A DNA stretch of 64,000 nucleotides from Podarcis gaigeae (taxonomy: Eukaryota). Where the stretch lies: assembly GCA_964106915.2 (NCBI GenBank), contig OZ066926.1. One strand, given 5' to 3'. Positions within the stretch are counted from its first letter, which is position 1, and every line of letters starts with the position of its first letter. Of this stretch, positions 24,787 to 37,050 are shown piece after piece. The notes under the pieces are model-generated. The model made no database searches and was not told the DNA's origin. It saw nothing but the letters and a program-made list of their open reading frames with translations. The position numbers and the translations under genes were made by a program.

Positions 24787-27700
24787 AGTCATTAGATGAA
24801 CCTCCCTGGGAAGAGCATTTCACAAATAGGAAGCCACTACAGAAAAGGCCCATTTTCATGTTGTCTCCCTCCGGAGCTCTCGTGGTGGAGAAGGCACATG
24901 AATAAGTGCCTCATATTATGAATGCATGTCCCAGGGTGGTTTATATGGGGAGAGGCAGTCCTCGAGGTAGTACAGTCCTGAGCCATTTAAGTCTTTATAA
25001 GTCAGCACTTTGACTTGGGCCTAGAAGACAAGTGGCAGCCAGCGAAGTCAGGTCAGGATTGGTGTCATATGCTCAAAGCGTCTTGTCCCTGTGAGCAAGC
25101 TGGTTGCTGAATTCTGCACCAGCGGAAGCTTCCACACCACCTTCAGAGGCAGCCCTATATTTAATGTGTTGCAGTAATCTAGCCTAGAGGTTACCAGAGC
25201 ATAGACAACAGAAGTTAGGCTGGGCCACAAGCTGAAGCTGATGGAAGGCACTCTGCACCACCGAGGCCACATGAGCCTCAAGTGACAGCAGAGGATACAG
25301 AAATACCTCCAAGCTATGTACCTGATTCTTCAGAAGGAATGTAACCCCATCAAGAGCAGGCAGCCTCCCAGCCAGCTGCCTTTATGTTTAAATACTGTGT
25401 TAACCACAGCACCAAACACCTAGCTTTAATTTCCCAGTTTTTCCCCAGATAGATATGTGGTTGGAATGGCTAAGTGTCAGAATTCCTTGTTGTGAAGCTT
25501 ATCCCTACAGAAAGCAGGGTTAAGTTGCTACCTATCTGCTACCTATCAGTTAAGTTGCTACCTATCAGCTTTGAGCATGTTGGATTTGTTGTGTGACTGA
25601 GTTCCTTGTGGGGAACTCAAACATACAGCCAATCTCTGCAGAAAGCAGGTTCAACATCACAGCTGATCAGCTGATAGACAATAACTGTAAACCTCAACTG
25701 ATCAGCAGTGTTTTAAAGTACCACACGAGGCTCTTTGGAAGCCCTGAATGGTGCTTTGTGGTCCTAACAATCAATACCTGCTGTCAGTGTGATGTCAGCT
25801 GATTGACAGGTGTTCATTCCCAGCAACCTGCTAAAATTGGCCCACAATTGACAAAGGAGATAAGGATGAGGCTTTCTAATCAGATTCAGTTTCCTTCCTG
25901 CTCCAAGCTTACCTGATACCAGGGTGGGATGGTGGGGGAAGAAAGAGCAGATGGCAGAGTGGGGTTTCTCACTGGCAGGTCAAGCTTATAGTTAGACAGA
26001 ACAATCTTGCCCAGGAAAGTATGTCCCCTTTCTGTTCCTTCCACCCCAAAATCAATGTAAGAGGTGCCTAGCACAAAGGTTGTGGATAAATTTATGTGCT
26101 GTTCAAATTACATCTATTTTTGTTAAAAGGAAAATAAATTTTATGTAGTTTTTTTTTATTTCCAAGAAGTGAATGGAGGACAGAAAAATGAGGCAGCTGC
26201 CCCCATTTCCTGATACAGATAGGTAGCCGTCTTGGTCTGCCATAGTAAAAAAAATAAATAAAAAAAAATCCTTCCAGTAGCACCTTAAAGACCAACTAAG
26301 TTAATTCTAGGTATGAGCTATCCCATTTCCTGAGTTAATGGAGAAGCCTCCAAATAAGTTCAGACTGAATCAAACTACATTGCAAAGCACTGATTCACGT
26401 CTCAACTAAATCTTCTCATTGGCACATACTTTTGATTGTAACTATTGTTAAATTGTCTTGTATTAGAAAAGTGGACTACAGGTATGACCAAAATAAGCAA
26501 AAAAAATTGAATGATGTTGTAAAAATATTTTTATGGTTGTCTTTTATTTTTTTAAAAAATGATTTTACCTCTTCAAATTTAGCTTCATCATTTCTTGAGG
26601 AGCATCTCTTTTAATAACAGCATTGGGGATCAGATGTCTCTGAATGAAAAAGGTGAATTAGAAAGTGGATTTGATATTATAAACTGGATTACTTTCCCAA
26701 ATCAATCTTTCATGAAGGTGAAAGTAGGGAGGATGGGTCCATGGGGTGGCAGACAGTTCACCATTAACGAAGAGATCATCACATGGCACAAAGTGTTTAA
26801 CCAGGTATGGTCTGACATTTGGTTTCCGGTACAAAATATCAGTGAATATTCTAGTATGAATCCTCAATGTATTTATTTATTTGCCAGATTTATATCCAAT
26901 CATCTAGGTCTTTAAGGTGGTTTACAAATGTATTTGAAAATACTCACTTATAGGAAATTTTCACTTTAAAATATATGGAAACACTCATTCACAGTTCTTT
27001 CACCTGAAAGATTTCTAAATAAGTAATTTTAACAATTTAAAGTAGATCTCTGTGGAGAGTACAGAGCACCTGTCGTCAACTCAGCATAGGAAATGTTGTG
27101 AACTATTGGTATGTAATAAAGTAATATTTTGCAAACTGTTATGTCCTTTATTCAAACACTGTGTTGAAGCCTAGTGGAGTAATGTAGGACATGGAATCAA
27201 TGAAGTTTGGGCTTGTTCCTCTTAGAGAACATGCTTGCCATATGAGGTTAGTGGGCCAAACTGAGTATGATGTTAATGGTTAGAATGCAATTAATGCACA
27301 TATTCTTTAAAATGTAAATAGAGAACATACATGTCCTGAAGAGCAATGGGGCAGGAGGTTCAGCACAAAGTGAGGGTCATTATCAGTCCAGAGCACCACT
27401 CCTAGTTTGATCTGGCTGTTTCTGATTAATTTGCAATGTCAAAAAAAGCCCAAGGAACACATTTAAACGCATTTTCTCTTAAAATGAAAAAAAAAGGAAA
27501 ATGTATTTCTTTAAGCTATTCATTTATAACACATATTTTAGTCTTTAGGGATTTTTAATGATGTTAACTGCATTGAAATATTTATTAAGCTAGAAATAAC
27601 TAGAAGGGGAATATATAGAATAGTTCGTGTTTCATTTGTCCCTTGTCATATAAGTCACCAGCCTTCTATAAGGCCTCAATGGAGCAAGCATTAGGACAGT

Positions 27701-30030
27701 GAAACTTTGTGTAATGTGCATTGTAGGAGAGCACATCTCTTGACCCAGAAATGATGAACTTATTTTGCATCGAACCTGTATCCTCTCTTATGCCATTACT
27801 TTCAATGTGATTGATCCATAGAGATAAGAATATACAACAGGTGTGCACCAGTCACAAGATTCATCTAGTATCTGTATTTTGCAGATACAGCCTCTTCACC
27901 ATGGAAAAAAGTTATTGCTTCACTGAATCCCATAGGGGAAGGGGTGGTGGTCAAAAGAGGTCATTGATCCTCATGAAAGAGTTGGGTGGTGAAAATGTCA
28001 TGGCCCAGTAAAAACCCTGCTATTCCAAGAATCATTGATGTGGGTGGGCTTCTTCCTACCCCAAGGAGTTTTGGGAATACAGCTACTTTTTGCTGGATAG
28101 ATCTCTCTATGAGGAAGAGCCATAGCTTATCGGTAGATCATCTGTTTTGTACGCAGGTAGAAGACAAGACTGAACTAGATGGATCAATGTATCTATCAGT
28201 AAATGGCAGATTCCTATGACTCTTTCCTATGTTCCCCCTGCAAAGAGATAATGATGGTGGTGAAAACAAATGCAAAATACAGTATATCCATGTGAAAAGC
28301 AATGCAGCCCTTGCTTTAGAAATGTGGCAATTTTTATGCAACCTAGTACCAGAGTGACTCAGACCATTAGAGCGTTCATGATCCAGCTCAATACACCCTC
28401 AATTTGGGCATGAGAAAAACTCAGACCATTCCTATTTACCTTGTAATCTAGGTAGCACACAACCAGTTGATGCACACCCTCAGTATACTAGCCCTTTCCT
28501 TCATTGCATTTCTGAATAGACACCACCTTCTTCTGTGTGTAATAACGTGTGTCATCCAGGGTTTGTGAGAAAAAAGAAGGAGGGGGAGCCATTCTGTTGC
28601 TACGATTGTGACCCATGTGCAGAAGGGAAGATTTCTAATCCAAAAGGCAAGTGTCAACCATGTTATCACATGAACATGATTCCCCCTTCACCACCAGTGG
28701 CTCAGTTAAGTTTGTGTGGATTTATTTTTTAGTCATTTTTATTGAGTTTTTTTCTCGTATAACAATATCTGCAATCATTGCATTACATTCAAGTTTCACT
28801 TTCCCCCTTTCCCTACTGACATCCCTCAACTTCCGTCCCTGGTTTATTACCTCTCATATTACAATCTGCTGTTTGTGTGGATTTAGATGATAAAGCTTGC
28901 AGTGTTAAACCCTATATTTAGATATGAGAATTTTGTAGGCATATGTACATGTAGAAGTCTCTTTCTGCATGATTGTGAACATTGCTTTTCCAGTATTCTG
29001 TATAGTTCAGACATCTACCCATGTGCTAGTTTCATTGACTGAGTTGTGATCATGCCTTTTCCTCTACATATATGGGCAATTGTGCTAATTTCATTGAATT
29101 GATTTGTGATTGTATGTTTTGTCCCCAGAGATGGACAAATGTATAAAATGCCCAGAAGATCAGTATCCAAATGAAGACCAAGATGGATGTATCCCCAAGA
29201 TGTCACACTTTCTGTCCTATGATGAAAATTTGAGCATCACTTTAGCTTTCATGGCATTTTCATTTTCTGTGATCACTGCTTTGGTGCTTAAAATATTCAT
29301 TAAATACAAGGAAACTCCCCTTGTTAAAGCCAACAATCGTGGTCTCACGTACACTCTGCTCATCGCCCTTTTGCTTTGCTTCCTCTGCTCCATGCTGTTC
29401 TTTGGAAGGCCACAGGAAGTAACCTGCCTCCTAAGGCAAACAGCTTTTGGCATCATCTTCACTGTGGCTGTTTCTGCTGTGTTGGCAAAAACCATCACAG
29501 TGGCTTTAGCATTTATCGCCACAAAACCAGGATCCAGGATAAGGAACTGGGTGGGGAAAAGACTGGCAGCTTCTATTGTTTTCTCCTGTTCCTTCATTCA
29601 AGGAGCTCTTTGTACTGTGTGGCTCTGTACTGCTCCCCCATTCCCACATTTGGACATGGACTCTTTGGCTAAAGAAATTGTGGTTGAATGTAATGAAGGG
29701 TCTGTCCCTATGTTTTATTCTGTTCTTGGGTACCTGGGATTTCTGGCTCTTGTCAGCTTTGCTGTGGCTTTTCTTGCTAGGGACTTGCCCAGCACTTTCA
29801 ATGAAGCCAAGTTCATCACTTTCAGCATGTTGGTGTTTTGCAGTGTGTGGGTCTCCTTTGTGCCAACTTACCTGAGCACAAAGGGAAAATACATGGTGGC
29901 TGTGGAGATCTTCTCCATTTTAGCCTCTAGTGCTGGATTATTGGGCTGTATCTTTTTTCCTAAATGCTATATAATTGTCATGAAGCCTGAACTGAACAGC
30001 AAGAAGTACTTAGGAAGGAGAATGAAGTAG
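20322..30030 (+). CDS. Vomeronasal type-2 receptor V2R-C, complete, 873 aa (close paralog of V2R-A)
   Basis: Exons 20322-20551, 21369-21660, 23384-24232, 26583-26804, 28520-28646 and 29129-30030 (230+292+849+222+127+902=2622 nt); open frame; intron 5 is GC-AG. Confidence 0.94.
21369..21660 (+). CDS. V2R-C exon 2 (292 bp)
   Basis: [27 protein letters not shown]; tacag| acceptor and |gtatgt donor. Confidence 0.94.
21952..21993 (-). ncRNA. Minimal hammerhead ribozyme, inverted copy
   Basis: Exact reverse complement of 22143-22184. Confidence 0.75.
22143..22184 (+). ncRNA. Minimal type-I hammerhead ribozyme (Penelope-associated)
   Basis: GTAT-CTGAAGA-A-GTGTGC-AT-GCACAC-GAA-AGCT-C-ATAC: CUGANGA and GAAA core, stem II hairpin, palindromic stem III, stem I GTAT/ATAC. 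Confidence 0.75.
23384..24232 (+). CDS. V2R-C exon 3 (849 bp)
   Basis: ORF 23417-24247; canonical splice sites. Confidence 0.93.
24555..25350 (-). mobile_element. L2-like LINE 3' portion
   Basis: ORF 25048-25281: [40 protein letters not shown]. Confidence 0.8.
26214..26321 (-). mobile_element. Short Penelope 3'-end insertion with 12-bp TSD
   Basis: Same family as 22175-22272; CCCATTTCCTGA at 26202-26213 and 26322-26333; empty site in V2R-A near 3657-3668. Confidence 0.88.
26583..26804 (+). CDS. V2R-C exon 4 (222 bp)
   Basis: ORF 26595-26915; canonical splice sites. Confidence 0.92.
28520..28646 (+). CDS. V2R-C exon 5 (127 bp, GC donor)
   Basis: CCYDCDPC motif; AAAG|gcaagt donor. Confidence 0.9.
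29129..30030 (+). CDS. V2R-C exon 6 (7TM domain)
   Basis: ORF 29110-30030; cccag|AG ATG acceptor. Confidence 0.95.
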
Positions 30031-30738
30031 AAGTTAGTAGCTTGGGTCATATATTTCTTCTGAGATACTCATGTGAGTTCTTTACTGGTTTGGAATTCTA
30101 AGCTGAAATCTTTCCTTCATTGAGCTTTAAAAACAGATGATCAGTGCTCAAGGATTTAGGAATTCATTTACAGATGTTGTTTGGTCTCCACTTTTGGAGT
30201 GTAGAAATAAATAGACGCTCTCCAGAGGTACAGCTATCTTACATCAGCCCATAGGACACCACAACTTTCTTTTTCTTTTGGAATGGATTTTTGTTTGTTT
30301 CCTCCCTGACTAGACAAAGGTAATGGCCAGTTCAGCCTTGGGCCAACCTGGATCTGACATTAAATAATATGAATGCTGCGGAAAATTATAGGCATTATTT
30401 TCACTTATGAAATGTCAATATTTATATGTTTAAATTAGGGTTGGTGGAATATTCTTATTGTTAATATCAGCTGAATTGGTTTTGGTCATTTTCTATTGAT
30501 GATCAGCAGGTTTCAAAATAACCTTTTTTTGTTAGGAGAGTTATGGAGGATCTTAATATAACACATTTTAATGAACTAACTGTCCTTATAGAATAGTAAT
30601 GAAGTTGGGGTATATTAATTAATCCCACAGGCACTAAAACAAATAATTCAGTGTTTTGAATGAATGCAGAACATATTTGAGGTTGTAGAAAATAATGTTG
30701 GAGCCTCACCACTTTCGAGGGAGCTAGGAGACCAAATA

Positions 30739-30961
30739 TAGTGGTACCTCGGATTAAGAACTTCATTTGTTCTGGAGGTCTGTTCTTAACCTGAAACTGT
30801 TCTTAACCTGAGGTACCACTTTAGCTAATGGGGCCTCCCACTGCGGCTGCACTGCCACACAATTTCTGTTTTCATCCTGAAGCAAAGTTCTTAACCCGAG
30901 GTACTTTTTATGGGTTTGTGGCGTCTGTAACCTGAAACGTCTGTAACCCGAGATACCACTG
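30739..30961. mobile_element. Tc1/mariner (pogo/Tigger-like) MITE
   Basis: TIRs (C/T)AGTGGTACCTCGG...CCGAGATACCACTG with TA flanks; second copy at 56154. Confidence 0.85.
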
Positions 30962-31267
30962 TATCATCAAAATGAACTAAAATAGCCTGATAATACATTA
31001 ATGTTTGACTCTATTAAGGAAATCTGAAGTGGGCCATGTGTGTTTGTCCTCATTCTTCCTTCATGCCTATAAAGGTGACATGGAATGGATTTAGAAATAT
31101 TTTTTAAAGTTATTGATTTTAAATAGTTTCCATTTTCCTTCCCCTGTTTGCATACACATTATAAGAAATAAATTTGATGAGAGTCAATGTAATTTAAATG
31201 AAATTTAAATGAATAAATTTAAATGAAAAAGTATTAAACCCCTGATGAAATCTGTGAATGTCAGCTG

Positions 31268-31501
31268 TTAGTGGATTTGATATCCCGCTTTATCACTACC
31301 CAAAGGAGTCTCAAAGCGGCTAACATTCTCCTTTCCCTTCCTCCCCCACAACAAACACTCTGTGAGGTGAGTGGGGCTGAGAGACTTCAAAGAAGTGTGA
31401 CTAGCCCAAGGTCACCTAGCAGCTGCATGTGGAGGAGAGGGAAGGGGAACCCGGTTCACCAGATTACGAGACTACCGCACTTAAGCACTATACCACACTG
31501 G
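31268..31501 (-). mobile_element. tRNA-derived CORE-type SINE (Squam3-like)
   Basis: - strand head CCAGTGTGGTATAGTG (A box); CORE-like CTGTGAGGT..GGGCTGAGAG..CCCAAGGTCAC. Confidence 0.75.
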
Positions 31502-33263
31502 GTCATGTTACGATGTCAATCACATGTTTTGTGACAGAAGCATTCCTGACATTTACTGGAATATCGTCCCTTTAGTTAGTGACTATAACTCATCATACCC
31601 AGAAATTACATAATTTTACAAAGAAGCAGAGCTACAAATAATGAACTGATTTTCACACTTTTTTGCATATATTATGTCATCATTTAACAGAATTTGAATA
31701 AAATATATCGCATTGTCTTATATGAATATAAGAATATTTAAAGGCATAGTTCTGACTTCAGGAGGGGAGATGGAGTGAGATGGTACATAAAGGAGAAAGA
31801 AACCAGAACAAAGGAGGGAGGGAACTGAAGCAGAATAAATCCCCACCAGCATTCAACCCATGGAATTGAATGAACTTTTAAACTAGTCATACAAATAATT
31901 GAAAACAACAGCAATTTATTGCTTATACCCCACCATCTAACTGGATTGCCTCAGCCACTCTGGGTGGCTTCCAACATAATAAAAACACAACAAAATGAAT
32001 ATATTGGCAGTATGTCTGCACATCATATAGTGTATCCATTTTTGTACATTATTGTCTTCCTAATCAATTCATGGTTCTTAAATGGGTTATTATGGGAGAA
32101 GGCTCCTATCTCACCTTGGGAGAAAATGAGGTTGGTGTTTTATCAATCTATGTGACAGTAAGTTATACAGAAGTCAGACTAGAACACCCTATTCTGAGAT
32201 TTGCAGCTGTCTGGAATAAAAAGCTGAGAGGTGAAGAATTAAAGTCGATGCTGTATGCTATTGGGAGACCTGATATTGTGTTATAACCTTATCCTATCTG
32301 ATTAAGGTAGGCAAATAGATAAATTACACAGCTTCACAGATGAAAGCTATGAGCTAATGGCACCATAAACCTAGGTTATGGGCACAACAGAATGTCTAGG
32401 CACACTTTTTTATAAGAAGAATACAAAGCTGAAAATGAATGAACTGCAGCTAAAATATTATGTTCATTTTTCCCATGATCTAGTCCTTCCCCTAATATTC
32501 TTAAGAGGGTCTCTTCTCCAGCCTTCAGAGAGTAGCTGGAAGTGGGAAGGCAGAAAAAGGTTCCCCTTTCCTCCCACTCTGCAGTTTTAATCTGAAATCT
32601 TAGGCACAGTACTACATACAGAGATCAGAAACTGCTCAATCTAATGAAATTCCCTCTAGCAAAATACACCTAGAACAATGGGAATTTCAAACACTGACCA
32701 TAAACACCTAGCTGAATGAAAGAATGAATGAATGAAAGCTTGTTCTCTTATTATGGCAATGGCGGGCACTTGAGAGATGCCAAAACGGAGTTCTCGCAAG
32801 TTGCAGCTGAAAAAAAGACATGAATATCTCTTTTGTGGTGCTGAATTCTGGCCTTGTGCAGGGTGCCATTTTATGAAAGATTACATAAGTCTGCCCTGGG
32901 GTACAGTTTGTTCATCCCCTCCATCAATATTCCATCAAAACATTCCTGTTTCCTCTATCCTGTTGACCCTGCCTGCTCAGTTTACAAATGAATTACTCAT
33001 ACACATTTAAGTTCCTACACTGCAGGCTTCTCATTTTGCTGGTGCAGAATCTCTGTCTGTAGAGAAAAAGAAGAGAGAACTGAAGAAAGCAGCCACTGAA
33101 CATATGATATTTATTGTCCAAAGGCCTTATCAATCTCTTCTAGCTGAATGAATACTTGGGAAGGCACGACAATGGAGAAGGCAGATCAGAAAGGTTACTA
33201 TATTAAGATCAAGGGTACTAAGGGGTCACGAGTTCAATCCATGATGTTTGGGAAAGCAAGTGC

Positions 33264-34232
33264 TTAATCAATTGTCTTCCTAAATATTGCACCAATTTTC
33301 TTCACTGCATCTTTTAGCACATCCTTGACTACTTTATTTCTAAAGCTATAGATAATTGGATTAAGTAAAGGAGTAACCACAGTGTTAAGAACAGTGGCTA
33401 CCTTATTAAAATCCATAGAAGAGTTTCCAGCTGGCCTGACATAGATGAATATGGAGCTGCCATAATAGAGAGAGGCCACAGTGATATGAGAACTGCAGGT
33501 GCTGAAGGCTTTCTTCCTACCTTGGGCTGAGGGCATCCTGATGACAGTAACAATGATGCAGAGGTAGGAGATGGCTGTCACAGAGACGGAGCTCAGGAGT
33601 GTGAAACAAGATGAGGCAAATTCAATATTTTCAACCAGGGTGGTGTCTGCACAGAGTAACAGTGTCAACGGGGCTGTGTCACAGAAGAAATGATCGATGA
33701 CATTGGGGCCACAGTAAGGTAGTCCCGACTTGAAGATGATACCAAGAGCTACACAAATGAAGCCTCCAAACCAACAGAAGAGCATCATCAGCATGCAGAC
33801 CTGGCTACTCATTATGGCCGTGTAGCGCAGTGGGTTACAGATGGCTAAGTAACGATCCACAGACATGGCCCCAAGCAGGAGAACTTCTGTGGTCCCACAA
33901 AGGAAGTACAGTGTTATCTGGATAGCACATCCAAAAAAGGAGATGGTTTTTTTCTTTGTGATGAGGAGGCTTAGCATCTTAGGTGTGACTGTGGTGGTGA
34001 TGATAATCTCCAGCCAGGAGAGTTTGCTCAGAAAATAGTACATGGGCGTGTGAAGGCGGCAGTCAAGGCGGATTATGAGGATGACCAGAGCATTGCCAAT
34101 TAATGATAATGTATACATGACCAGGAAGATGCAGAACAGTGGAAGCTGCATCCCCTGAAGACTAGAGAAGCCAAGCAATACAAACTCTGTCACAACTGTT
34201 CCCGAGATATTTTCTTTTCCATTCAGGATCAT
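33264..34232 (-). CDS. Olfactory receptor, family 6-like (OR6-a), 322 aa
   Basis: LHTPMYYFL, MSVDRYLAICNPLRY, DHFFCD, KAFSTCSSH and PLLNPIIYSFRN motifs; ATG at 34232 matches the paralog start and follows a splice acceptor. Confidence 0.95.
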   Translation of the reverse strand: MILNGKENISGTVVTEFVLLGFSSLQGMQLPLFCIFLVMYTLSLIGNALVILIIRLDCRLHTPMYYFLSKLSWLEIIITTTVTPKMLSLLITKKKTISFFGCAIQITLYFLCGTTEVLLLGAMSVDRYLAICNPLRYTAIMSSQVCMLMMLFCWFGGFICVALGIIFKSGLPYCGPNVIDHFFCDTAPLTLLLCADTTLVENIEFASSCFTLLSSVSVTAISYLCIIVTVIRMPSAQGRKKAFSTCSSHITVASLYYGSSIFIYVRPAGNSSMDFNKVATVLNTVVTPLLNPIIYSFRNKVVKDVLKDAVKKIGAIFRKTID

Positions 34233-34712
34233 TGTGCCATGGAACTGTAACCAGAACCCCCCCATAAAAGTGTGATGTCACTAAGGATTGTGCATATGAG
34301 GCTGGACACAATAAAAAGAGTGAAAGAACAAGAATGATATAAGAAATCTGGGCCAAACATTTCTGATAAAATAGTTTTGGTAAGATTCTTCTTTCAGAAA
34401 ACAGAACATTGAATCTTACTTCAATGCACACAATCACCAACTAACTAAAGACTTGGTGCAACAAATAAATTGCATACAAAATCCATACAATTTATATCCA
34501 AACTATTTTGTTTTAATTTTGGTTCCTCTGTTTTGTTTTTGCTGGATTGGGGTTGATTAAATTTGTTGGAGTTGGTGTTTATTTTAATTCAGATATAGCT
34601 GTAAACTGGTTGTTGTTGTTGTTTTCTATTGATTTATTGGATTATTTATAGTCTGTATATTTTGTCTTTTAAAGACAGAAGTGTCTGGGGAAACCCAGTC
34701 AGATGGGTGGGA

Positions 34713-34713
<1 letters not shown>

Positions 34714-34750
<37 letters not shown>
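34714..34750. repeat. (ATT)n microsatellite
   Basis: Direct reading. Confidence 0.95.
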
Positions 34751-34751
<1 letters not shown>

Positions 34752-35095
34752 AGAATTTTTATGTGAATGTCATGACAGATATGGAAGATTATTCTCAGTT
34801 CCCTCTTCCCCCTCAAAAGCCATGCAATAAACTTCAAGGAACCCAACATTTGTGGCTACTATCATCATGCCCATCAATCATTTGCCATAAATTTTTGTCT
34901 AATGCACAAATCAAAGTAAATATGAGGATTCGTATAGAAATTTGAAATAAGAACAAAAGATCAATGAAATGCATTTTAGCATTGGTTATGAACAACCCCA
35001 TAGCCAGCTAACCCACAGACTGCTTTTACAGTGGCTGAGTTGAAGTCAGGGAGATCCAACAGACATGGAATCCTTGGATCAAACATGCTATAAAC

Positions 35096-35233
35096 CAGAT
35101 ATGGGGAATATTTGGTCCTCCAAATATTGCTGAACTACAACTCCCAGCAGCCCCAGCATGCATGGTCAATGGCCAGTAATGATCCAAGTTGTATTTCAGT
35201 AACATCTGGAGAGTGAAAGGTTCCCCAAACCTG
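35096..35233. mobile_element. hAT-type MITE
   Basis: CAG.T.TGGGGAA...TTCCCCAAACCTG TIRs; internal ACTACAACTCCCA; 8-bp TSD CTATAAAC/CTTTAAAC. Confidence 0.8.
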
Positions 35234-35689
35234 CTTTAAACACATTTATCCCCCAAAGAAAGATCTTACTAAAATATTGTTGATCATGGAAACCATTGCT
35301 CACTCCCCATATTTTTTCCTTTCATTCATTGTTGCTAATTGCATCCAAAACAGAGAAGAGGCAGGGAATTAGCCTCATGTTCTAAATGAATTCTAAAATG
35401 GATGACAATATGAAACCATCAATACTTACAGCACAACAGTGACACAAGGCATTGGAGTGGGGCAACAGCTGAAGGCAAAAAAATATGTTCCAGATTTTCT
35501 AGATGAGAAACTCAAAAGCTGATCAAATCAAAAACAGTTTAGTTTATCTTTGTTGTTTAGCAGCTCTCGCCATGTCCCTTTCTGTATGGCTCCAACTTCA
35601 AAACCATAAACCGAAAGCTATTAAACTATGTTGAGGTATCTCATCATCACCATTTGCCTTTCAAGTCATAGTCTGACAAACAAAATCCT

Positions 35690-35846
35690 AGATTCAGGTA
35701 GGTAGCCGTGTTGGTCTGACGCAGTCGAAATACAGGATGAGTCCTTTAAAAGAGGCCCTGTGAATACAGAGTACACATGTTCCACAGGTCCTCTTTTAAA
35801 AGAGGATTAAAAATTAAGAAAATAATATAAATAAATAAAATAAAAT
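35690..35846 (-). mobile_element. Penelope-like terminus fragment with palindromic insert
   Basis: GGTAGCCGTGTTGGTCTG shared with the other Penelope copies; AAAATCCT on both flanks; absent from the paralog near 18670. Confidence 0.6.
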
Positions 35847-36909
35847 AAAATCCTGATTTAACTAGTGAAAATTACAAAATTATATGCAGCAAAAAAAAGG
35901 AAATATCCATATACACCCTGAACTGTTAATTAATTGCCGACTGGAGCAGCTTTTAAACACAACATACCGGTACTTGATTACAGTAGCCTATTTCAGGCTC
36001 TTTGTGGATCATTAAAGCGAGGACAATCACATGGGGATTCCTATCACAACCCTTGAGATTCAGCTGTGTGAAACCTTGATGTCTGATCTCACTGCCATGA
36101 CCAGAGATAGACTGGGCTCCCCAGATCCTCCAGGTGCCAGGGTTTTCCATTCACCATCACAGAGGCAAAAGTCGAAAGAACATGTGGGCTACTCACAACC
36201 CTGGTGGGTCTTCCTTGTAGCTGCCCTGAAGGTTACCCACAGCTGCTGAATCCTCCACCATTGCAAAATTTTGCATTGTGATTGCAGGGGGGACAACACA
36301 CACAGAAAGTGCCATCTTGCTCATTCATATCACACTAGCCCCGATATGCCCCAAAGTTGCAGAGGGAAGCATAATTTACATGAACAGGAGGGAGTGCAGG
36401 TAAGGGGATATCAACATGTTGCCCCTGCCTATGTAAATTACACTCTTGCTAGCCATGTGTGTGTGTCTGTGTTTGTGCGCGCATGCTTGTAAATGCCCCC
36501 CTCAGTCCAGGCACCAGCCACCCCCATTGGCAGGTAGGTGCTTACTATTGACCCACCATCACATGAGGCAAAAACCTCAGAGCAGATAACATTTTCCCTT
36601 TCCTGGAGAAGGCATTGGGAGGGCCTGTGCCCTTCTGCTCCCCTTCCAATCATTAGTTCCTATGGCAACCAAGCAACCAAGTCACTCTGTAGTTATGCAA
36701 AGAGATGCTTAACATATTTTTCTTCACAAATAAAGTGGAAACACGTGTGACCATTGTAGTAGTCCCTTTTTTCTGTATTTACCACATTATGTGGTTCTTA
36801 CTAGTGTATAAAATGGGGGTGCAGAGGTGCAATTGTTTGTAAATGATGGGATTTATGAGCACTTTTTCTTATATAGAAAAACAGTGTTCAGAGTCAGAAT
36901 ATTCTGAAA

Positions 36910-37050
36910 AAATCATAGAATCACAGAATTGTAGATTCGGAAGGGACCCTGAGGGTCATCTAGTCCAATCACTTGCAATGCATCCATGTTTGATGGCCAT
37001 CAAACCTCTGCTTAAAACCTCCCAATGAGGAAATGGAATCCATTCCACGG
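36910..37050 (-). mobile_element. CR1 LINE 3' end
   Basis: ATCATAGAATCACAGAAT...GGAAGGGACC..GGTCATCTAGTCCAA tail motif. Confidence 0.7.

Noticed and set aside
29217-29875. Antisense and alternative-frame ORFs recurring over V2R 7TM exons (also 6436-6935 and 16725-17188)
   Set aside because: They are shadows of the conserved sense coding sequence, and their lengths vary between paralogs.
35731-35810. Possible hammerhead ribozyme (GGATGAGTCC...)
   Set aside because: It lacks an intact CUGANGA box and a correctly placed GAAA.
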